Below are positions 10,678 through 19,200 of a stretch of DNA of 53,809 nt, one piece after another. The notes under the pieces were generated by a model. The model was given only the letters and a program-made list of their open reading frames with translations. It ran no database searches and was not told where the DNA came from. Each line of letters begins with the position of its first letter. The stretch's first letter is position 1. A program made the translations under genes and the position numbers. The stretch is from Alphaproteobacteria bacterium (GTDB taxonomy: Bacteria > Pseudomonadota > Alphaproteobacteria > Sphingomonadales > SMXR01), in assembly GCA_030634465.1 (NCBI GenBank), contig DAOWAS010000002.1, positions 1 to 53,809 on the forward strand. The letters are read 5' to 3'.

Positions 10678-11406
10678 ATGAACAATATTGACCAAAAGAC
10701 TTTTGATGACGTTGCTGCCAAAATTTTGGTGGTTGAAGATGACCCCACAATACAATTGGCTTTGAAAAGTGTTCTAAAGACACAAAATTGCGATGTGGTT
10801 ATTTTTGATAGGGTTGACCAGGCATGGGAGTGGCTTTTACATAACACCCCAAACGTAGCTATTCTCGATATAAATTTACCGGATGACACAGGGTTTAATT
10901 TAGCCTGTAAAATTAGGAAAAGTTTTGAGTGCGGCATACTAATTTTAAGCACACGGTCTAGCACTAATGATATGCTCCATGCGCTTGAGCTTGGTGTTGA
11001 TCATTATATTACTAAGCCATTTTTGCCGCGAGAGCTTCTTCTTCGTATCAATAATTTGATTTTAAGAAACAGACAGTTGGTTTCTTTGAAATCTACTGTC
11101 ATAGACGAAGTGCAAGTTGGAAACTGGCAAGTTTCGTTTGAGAAGCAACATATAGAAAACCAAAAGGATCAGGTAAAGGGCTTAACAAAGCTAGAGGCGA
11201 ATGTTTTGTTATTGCTAACTTCATCCCCAGGCAAGCTTTTCAACAGAGAAACATTGGTTCACAAAATTCATAATGGTCAAAAAAGACCCACAAACAGAAC
11301 TGTTGATCTGTTGATTATGGGTTTACGCCGAAAGCTAGAAGAGCCAAAGGGCAACCCTAAGCATATTATTACCGTAGCTGGTGGCGGTTATTACTTTCAA
11401 GAGTAA
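10678..11406 (+). CDS. OmpR/PhoB-family response regulator (REC plus winged-helix)
   Basis: REC is KILVVEDDPTIQ...VAILDINLPDDTG. The C-terminus (LTKLEANVLLLLTSSPGKLFNRETL...RTVDLLIMGLRRKLE...GGGYYF) is a typical trans_reg_C. Confidence 0.9.
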   Translation: MNNIDQKTFDDVAAKILVVEDDPTIQLALKSVLKTQNCDVVIFDRVDQAWEWLLHNTPNVAILDINLPDDTGFNLACKIRKSFECGILILSTRSSTNDMLHALELGVDHYITKPFLPRELLLRINNLILRNRQLVSLKSTVIDEVQVGNWQVSFEKQHIENQKDQVKGLTKLEANVLLLLTSSPGKLFNRETLVHKIHNGQKRPTNRTVDLLIMGLRRKLEEPKGNPKHIITVAGGGYYFQE

Positions 11407-11445
11407 TTCTCTTACTTTTATCTCAATTTTACACCCCGCAAGGCC

Positions 11446-11468
11446 TGTTAGAAAGCTGTTAGAAATGG
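11446..11468 (+). promoter_or_regulatory. Candidate OmpR/PhoB-type operator, site 2 (TGTTAGAAAGCTGTTAGAAATGG)
   Basis: Same architecture as site 1 (22 of 23 aligned positions identical, one 1-nt indel). It lies 122 nt upstream of the tpsB TTG start. Confidence 0.55.
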
Positions 11469-11589
11469 CTCTCAGGCTGTGTTTTGTCTTGTAATGTCTA
11501 GCCCTTAGGTAGTCTCTAGCTTAGGAGTATTATAATTTTAATCAATTTGTACTGGTTTTTGGCGAATTTCTATTTTTTAGGAGAATACC

Positions 11590-13281
11590 TTGTCTGTTAA
11601 GTTCAGCATTTCTTGCTTTAGTTCGTTGGTTGCGTTCAGTGTGCTCACATCTCCTTTTGTGCATTCGCAAGAGATTCCAAATAGCCTGCAACCAGATGTT
11701 ATTGATCGTCAGTTTGACCAGCTCCCTGATGCCACATCATCAAGCGCCATTTTAATTCCAACACCAAGCGAGCAATTGCCGCCTGATGTAGCAAGTGACA
11801 CAAGTCTTTTGCTTAATAGTGTGAGCTTGGAAGGTAATAACGAGTTTTCAACCGCTGAATTATCGCAATATTACCAAAGCTATATTGGTGAAAATGTAAG
11901 CCTTGCTACTTTTTTTGCCGTGGCTAATGCCATTACAGACCATTATGCGCAAGCAGGGTTTGCTCTGTCGCTAGCTTATGTGCCAGCGCAAGAAATTGAC
12001 AATGGTCATGTTAGACTTGTTGTGGTTGAGGGTTATGTTGGCGAAATTGATTATACGGGTGATGTGGATAAGGTAACAGATCGCCTGCGAAGTGTATTAA
12101 GCCCAATATTAAACGAACGCCCCTTAACAGTTGCAACAATGGAGAGGGCACTTCTGTTGGCTTCTCGTGAAACAGGTTTTGGTGTTGCTTCGTCTGTTGA
12201 TCGCTCAAGCATTGAGGTTGGTGCCTTGCGTTTAATCGTTGATGTGGAGAATGAACTGGTCAGCGGTGCAGTTGGTATTAACAACAGAGGCTCGCGCGCG
12301 TTGGGGGCGGTATTGGCGGACGTTTCAGTTTCGTTAAATGGTGCATTTGGTGTAGGTGAGCGAATAACAACAAGTCTAAACAAGTCTGTTGCTGATGATG
12401 AATTGTCATACTTCTCACTTGAGGCGGCCTTCCCAATTGGTGTCAACGGAACAGAGCTGTCAATTGGTTATGGCAAGTCAGATGCCAAGCCAGGGTTAGA
12501 AACATTAAGACTTCTTGAGTTTAATGCTGATAGTGAGACATATTTCGTGGAGCTATATCATCCGTTCATTCTTTCTAGAGCGAGAAACCTTAATGCTTCA
12601 GTTCGTTTTGAGGCCAGAGATTCTGAAGGTGAATTGCTGGATATTGTAAATACAAATGAGAAGCTACGCTCTTTACGTATTAGCGGCAGTTACGACATGG
12701 TTGATGATGCAGGCGCGGTAACGCTTGTTAAAACAACCTTTAGTCAGGGCATAAGTGCTTTTGGGGGTTCAGCAAATGATAATGAGTTTAAGGCACGTGA
12801 TCTTGCTCGGTATGATTACAGCAAAATTGATGTCCTGTTTTTCCAACTACGCCCAATTAATGAAACCCTAAGTGTTTATCTTAGCGGTGGAGCGCAGTAC
12901 GGCTTTAACCCCTTGGTTAGTTCAGAGCAGTGTGGCTTTGGCGGCGGCAGTTTTGGTCGTGCCTTTGATAGTTTCGAAATATCAGGCGACCATTGTGTTA
13001 ATGCCAGCGTAGAGCTTAGGTCCATGTACCCCAACCCTATGAAGGGTGTCGATTATATCCAGCCTTATGGTTTTGTTGACGGTGGCAAGGTGTGGCTAAA
13101 ACAAGCTGAAGGCGTTAGTTCAATTTCTCAAACTGGTTACAGCGCGGGTGCTGGTATGCGGGCAATGTTTTTGAACAACGTTAGTGGCTATGTTGAGGTG
13201 GCACTTCCAATAAATAGAGATGTTGAGCAGGCGGGCAATAGAAAAGCTCGTGTATTCGCTGGTTTGAGAGCAATTTTTTAG
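11590..13281 (+). CDS. TpsB (ShlB/FhaC/HecB-family) outer-membrane two-partner-secretion transporter
   Basis: 563 aa. TTG start with AGGAGAA 5 nt upstream. Signal peptide, a POTRA-like N-terminal region (VSLEGNNEFSTAEL..Y...IG), and a beta-barrel ending ...RVFAGLRAIF (aromatic C-terminus). It sits directly upstream of a TPS-domain exoprotein. Confidence 0.88.
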   Translation: MSVKFSISCFSSLVAFSVLTSPFVHSQEIPNSLQPDVIDRQFDQLPDATSSSAILIPTPSEQLPPDVASDTSLLLNSVSLEGNNEFSTAELSQYYQSYIGENVSLATFFAVANAITDHYAQAGFALSLAYVPAQEIDNGHVRLVVVEGYVGEIDYTGDVDKVTDRLRSVLSPILNERPLTVATMERALLLASRETGFGVASSVDRSSIEVGALRLIVDVENELVSGAVGINNRGSRALGAVLADVSVSLNGAFGVGERITTSLNKSVADDELSYFSLEAAFPIGVNGTELSIGYGKSDAKPGLETLRLLEFNADSETYFVELYHPFILSRARNLNASVRFEARDSEGELLDIVNTNEKLRSLRISGSYDMVDDAGAVTLVKTTFSQGISAFGGSANDNEFKARDLARYDYSKIDVLFFQLRPINETLSVYLSGGAQYGFNPLVSSEQCGFGGGSFGRAFDSFEISGDHCVNASVELRSMYPNPMKGVDYIQPYGFVDGGKVWLKQAEGVSSISQTGYSAGAGMRAMFLNNVSGYVEVALPINRDVEQAGNRKARVFAGLRAIF

Positions 13282-13299
13282 GTTCGGTAAGAGGTTATT

Positions 13300-16200
13300 A
13301 TGACACTTAGTAATAAAAAATATTTGAGATTATCAACAGGTTTGGGCCTTGTGATGGCACTAGCTGTTGTTACGGCAAATTATACCCAAGCTGCTGATAC
13401 CAAGCCAGAAGATGGTGAAGTTGTTCGTGGTGAAGCCACTATCGATTATAATGGCCTTAATACCACCATTAATCAAAACAGTCTTAAAGCCATTATTAAT
13501 TGGGACAGTTTTTCTGTTGGTGAGGCAGGCAGTGTTGTCTTCAACCAAACTGGTGCTGATGCCGTAACCCTTAACCGAGTTACTGGCGATGGTGTTTCTA
13601 ATATTTTGGGTTCAATTACCGCCCCTGGTCATGTGTTTTTAATTAACCGCAACGGTATTATTTTTGGTGAAGGCTCAACTATTAACGTTGGTGGTTTGGT
13701 TGCTTCAACATTCGACATTTCTGACAATAATTTTTGGTCAGGAAATTATTTGTTTGATAAGGCTGGGGTTGCCAGTGCTTCGGTTGAAAACTTTGGTAGC
13801 ATAACCATTAAAGAAGGTGGCTTGGCCGCATTTGTGGCGCCATATGTGGCAAACTCAGGCGTTATTAATGCCCGTCTTGGCTCAGTGTCATTGGGTGCTA
13901 GCGAAACAGGCTTTGCTTTAGATTTTTACGGTGACGGCTTAATTAAATTTGTGGTTCAAGAAGAAACCCAAGCGCGTCTTGGCCTTGGCGAAGACAGCTT
14001 AGTGGGTGTTGACGTGTCAGGCAGCATTTTGGCTGATGGTGGCATAGTTGCCATTACTGCTGATGTAGCGCGTGAGGTTGTATCTGACATTTTGACCATT
14101 GGCGGCGAAATTCGCGCCAATAGCATTGAGGAACGTGAAGGTAAAATTATCTTGTCAGGCCCTGACAATGGGCGCATTCGCATGAGCGAAGATGCCACGC
14201 TTGATGCAAGCGGTACTCACGGCGGTAGCATTGAGGTTGACGGCGACGTGGTGCTATTGGATGGCGTGTTAGATGCTAGCGGCGACGCGGCTGAATATAA
14301 TGACGCGCTTTCTTATCTATACGGTATTGGTGCGCAACAATCTATTATTGATACGGTTTTAGCACGTGCCAATGGCGGTAATATTAGCGTTAACTCCAAC
14401 TGGTTCAGCCTTGGTGGCGTGCTTGATGTTAGCGGTGCCAACGGTGGTAACATTGACATTAACGTAGGTGGTTTTTCAAACACTGGCGTTAGTTTGGCAA
14501 TTGGCCAGCAAGGCGGCGGTGGTAATATTAGCTTTGATGTTGATACCACAGTATTAGAATTTAACATGGCTTACACCGATGCCTCAGGTTTGGTTGATGG
14601 TGGCTCTATCAGCATGCTTGCTGGGCATCAAATAACATCATCTGGCACATATGTGGCAGATGGCTTGTTGGGTAACGGCGGTAATATTGATGTTTCAGCC
14701 AGCGTAACCAAATCGCTATCAGCACGCTACGGTGCGCGCGGTGGTATTGACGGTGGTCGCATTCGCTTTGGTGGCGAGTTCCAAGGCGGCAAAAACTTAG
14801 CAGAAGGCACAGACGAACTAGCCAATGCTGATGTTACAATTGTCAGTTCTGGTTCGCTTTTTGATGTAACTGGTGGCGGCACTGATGGTATTGGTGGCGG
14901 TGAAGTTATTATCTGGTCGGATGACAAAACCATTTTCCAAGGCTTGATAACAGGCGATGGTGCCTTTGTTGAGGTGTCGTCAGCAGGCGATTTAGAATTT
15001 GTGGGTGATGTTGAAATTGGCGATGGTGAGCTGTTATTAGACCCTAAAAACCTTATTATAACAGAACTATTTGGCACTCCATCGCTCTCTCTTATCCTTG
15101 GTTATCAATATTCTGACGTGCAGCAAGAGGCAGGCACATGGATTGAAAGCTTTGATAATTTTGGGGTGAGGGTAGCACTTGATGGCGACCATTTAGCTGT
15201 TGGTGCCATGATGGACAAGGGGGCTGATAACGCCACATCTAGTGCCGGTGCTGTTTATTTATTCACCTTCATAGCTGGCGATATGTCACAACCTGTTTTG
15301 TCAGCCATTATTGGTGCTGATTATACTGGCGGTAATAATATTGATAATACCTCCATTGAAGCTGGGGATACCTTTGGTTACGGCCTTGCACTAGAGGGCA
15401 ATAAATTGGCTGTTGGTGCAGCCAATGACGATGGCTTTGGTAATGGCGCCATATTCTCAGGTGCTGTATATTTATACACTTTCACAGATAATTTTAATTC
15501 CATTACTGAGGTTGCTGTAATCGGATCTGGTTATACTGTAGGTGAAAATGTAGATGTTGGTCCCCTTGACCTGGGGGATGCTTTTGGTACCAACATAGGG
15601 TTAAGCGGCAACCTTTTAGCCATTGGTGCATCAGGTGATGATGGTAACGCTAATGGATTAACGGATTCAGGTGCGGTTTATCTTTTTAGTTTTACTGGTG
15701 ACTTTACCTCCATAACTCAACAAGCAATAATTGGCTCAGGTTACGCTGGAACTAATGATCTCGACCATACTGGCCTTGAGGCAAGCGACAGGTTTGGCTC
15801 AGCAGTGGCATTGGACGGCACTCTTTTGGCAGCTGGCTCACCTAGTGATGATGGTAGTGGTAATGGTGTATCTGCTGCAGGTGCGGTTTATCTTTATAGT
15901 TTCACTGGCAACTTTACCTCTATAACCCAACAAGCAATTATTGGTGCTGATTATGCAGGCACTAATGATGTTGATAATACTGCACTTGAAATAAATGATT
16001 TTTTTGGTTCATCAATTGCTCTTGACGGTACACATTTAGCAATAAGTGCCACTGGTGATGATGGTAGCGGCAATGGTGTGTCTGGTTCAGGCGCTGTATA
16101 TCTTTATAGTTTTGCTGGCGATTTTACCTCTATAACTCAACAAGCAATAATTGGTGCTGATTATACAAGTGGTAACAATGTTGATAACCATCATTTAGAT

Positions 16201-19200
16201 GGTGATGCCTTTGGCAGGTCATTAGCTTTGGATGGCGGCCGTTTGGTTGTTGGCACTTTTAGTGATGATGGTGCAGATAATTCATCAACAGATTCTGGCG
16301 CAGTTTATCTTTATAGCTACACAGGTGATTTCACCAACATCACCCATGAAGATACTATTGGTTATGGCTATGCGACAGATATTTCTTTGGATGTTGATGA
16401 TTATTTTGGCAGAAGCTTGGCTTTGAGAGGCAGCCTGTTGGCTGTGGGTGCAAGTGGTGATGATGGCATTGGAAATGCCACAACTTATGCGGGAGCGGTT
16501 TATTTATTCACTTTTATCGGCAGTGATCTTACAAACCCAATTTTGTCTGGTATTATTGGGCAAGGTTATACAGGTGGTAATAATGTGGATAACACTGCGC
16601 TTGCTAGTGGTGATGTTTTTGGTGCTGCAGTTGCACTTGATGGAAACCATTTAGCTGTTGGTGCTACTGGTGATGATGGTAGTGGCAATGGTGTGCCTAC
16701 TTCAGGTGCTGTGTATTTGTATAGCTTTACTGATAACTTTAAAGCCATAACCCTAGAGGCAATTATAGGTGCTGATTACGCTGGCACAAATGATTTAGAT
16801 AACACTTCGCTCCAGCCTAGTGACCAGTTTGGGGTATCAGTTGCACTTGATGGCACCCATTTGGCCGTTGGTGCGTTTAGTGATGATGGTAGTGCAGATG
16901 ACGTGTTGACAGGTGGCGCAGTTTATTTATATAGCTTTACAGGTGATTTTACCTCAATAACCCAACAAGCTATCATTGGTTCTGACTATTCTGGTGGCAA
17001 CAATTTTGATGTTGCATCCATTGAAAGCAGTGATTATTTTGGTTCGTCGGTGGCATTAGATGGCACACTTTTGGCCGTGGGGGCGTGGAGAGATAGCGGT
17101 ATATACTCTAGTGCTTATGGTGCGGTCTATCTATTTAGTTTTACTGGTGATTTCACGGGCATCACCCAAGAAGCCATTATAGGGCAGGGCTATTCGGGTG
17201 GTAATAACGTTAATAATAATTGGTTAGGCGATCAAGACCAGTTTGGCTATTCAGTGGCGTTAGATGGCAACCTTTTGGCCGTAGGTGCTCCTTCAGATGA
17301 TGGTTACACTGGCGGGTGGAATAATGGTAAGGTTTATTTATACAGTTTTACAGGAAACTTCACATCTATAACACTTGAATCCCACGTTGGTTGGAATTTC
17401 ACAGGTACAAATGATGTTCATAATAGTAGCCTAGAATATAGTGACAAATTTGGCAGTGCAATTGCATTAGATGGCACCAACTTAGTTATTTCTGCCAAAG
17501 ATGATGATGGTGGCGATAACAGTGTTGAAAATTCTGGCGCAGTTTATCTTTATAGTTTTACTGGTAATTTCACTGATATTACATGGCAAGAAACCCTTGG
17601 CCATGGGCAAGAGATAAACTTTGACCTTGGTGTAGGTGATAGGTTTGGCAGTTCAGTAGCCTTGGATGGTAAGCATTTGGCTGTTGGTGTGTCTAGCGAT
17701 GATGGTGTTGGTGATGGAGTGCCCTCAGTAGGTGCAGTTTATTTATACACTTTTCTGGGTGATGATTTAAAGAACCCTATATTGTCAGCCATTATTGGTG
17801 ATGGTTACAGCGGTGGTAATAATATAGACAATACGTCACTTGGGTTTGCCGATATATTTGGTGCATCAGTTGCCCTCGAGGGTGATCTTTTAGCAGTTGG
17901 TGCAGTTGGAGATGACGGTAGCGCTGATGGTGTTACTGATGCAGGTGCTGTTTATCTATATAGTTTTACAGGAGATTTTAGCTATATAACCGAGCGTGCC
18001 ATAATAGGGTCTGGATACACAAATAGTGGAGATGTGGACAACACAGCACTCGGTGCGAGTGATTATTTTGGACGCTCAGTTGCACTTGATGGCTCACTTT
18101 TAGCAGTTGGCGCTGATGGTGATGATGGCGCTGCGGATGGAGTGTCAGATGCAGGTGCTTTGTATATTTATAGCTTTAGTGGGAATTTTGCATCATTAAA
18201 CCAAGAAATGGTAATTGGCTCTGGTTATTCTGGAGCCAATGCGGTTGATAACACCTCACTTGAAGCTGGTGACCAGTTTGGTTATTCAGTGGCTCTTGAT
18301 AGCCCACTGATAGCTGTAGGGGCCATCAGCGATGATGGTAGTTTTGATGATACACCTAATGCTGGTGCAGTTTATCTTTATAGCTATATTAATGACCTAA
18401 CCACCATTACCCAACGGGCGATTATTGGGGTCGATTATTCGGGTGGTAACAATATTGATAATACAGCGATACAATCCGCGGATAGGTTTGGCTATTCGGT
18501 GGCACTAGATGGCACGCATTTGGGCGTTGGTGCACCATTAGATGATGGATTTAATAATAATGTGTCTAATTCAGGATCGGTCTATCTTTATAGTTTCGCA
18601 GGTAGTTTCAACGCACTAAGTTTAGAGGCAACCATTGGTGCTGATTATACTGGCGGTAATAATGTTGACGAGACATTTGTTGAAGCTAATGATGAGTTCG
18701 GTAGATCTATATCTTTAGACGGAAATAATTTAGCTGTTGGTGCAATGGGTGATGACGGCAGTGATAATAGTCTTTTGACTATGGGCGCTGTTTATCTTTA
18801 TGAAAATGTGTTTGCACCTGTTACGGGAGCAACTGGTTGGAACTTTGCTGACGATACTGGTGCCACAAGTATAGTTGACGTTAATCAAATAACAGATATT
18901 CTTAATGCTGGCACCAATGTTACTCTGCAAGCATCAAACGACATTACACTTAATACGGACCTGATTGTAGCTAACCTTTCTGGCTATGGAGGTACACTAA
19001 CCCTGCAATCTGGTCGCAGTATTTTAATAAATGGTAATGTCACTACTGATCATGGCAGTTTGACATTTGTGGCAAATGATATTGCGGCAAATGGTGTTGT
19101 AAATGCCGACCGCGATGCAGGTGCCGCAGCAATTACAATGGCAAGTGGAACGTCTATTGATACTGGGACTGGTGCTTTTAAAGCTACTCTCTCTACAGGG

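Noticed and set aside
10614-10964. A 116-aa minus-strand ORF overlapping the response-regulator start.
   Set aside because: It is antisense to a well-supported OmpR-family gene and spans its promoter. No family resemblance.
10559-11468. The CTGTTAG-N4-CTGTTAG sites as ordinary PhoB Pho boxes.
   Set aside because: Not rejected outright. The half-site differs from CTGTCAT at 2 of 7 positions in all four half-sites, and the sites flank a dedicated OmpR-type regulator gene. The local regulator is therefore the more economical candidate. PhoB control remains the alternative listed in the finding.
12051-15077. Minus-strand ORFs inside tpsB and tpsA (12051-12446, 13956-14198, 14313-14567, 14727-15077) and others inside tpsA (19050-19421, 21234-21632).
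   Set aside because: They are antisense to strongly supported genes. They are Pro/Ser/Thr-rich mirror frames of Gly/Asp/Val-rich repeats.
15100-18804. Regularly spaced DNA repeats as a possible CRISPR array.
   Set aside because: The repeats are contiguous, in frame and about 200 nt long, inside an uninterrupted 8.26-kb ORF. There are no unique spacers and no cas genes.
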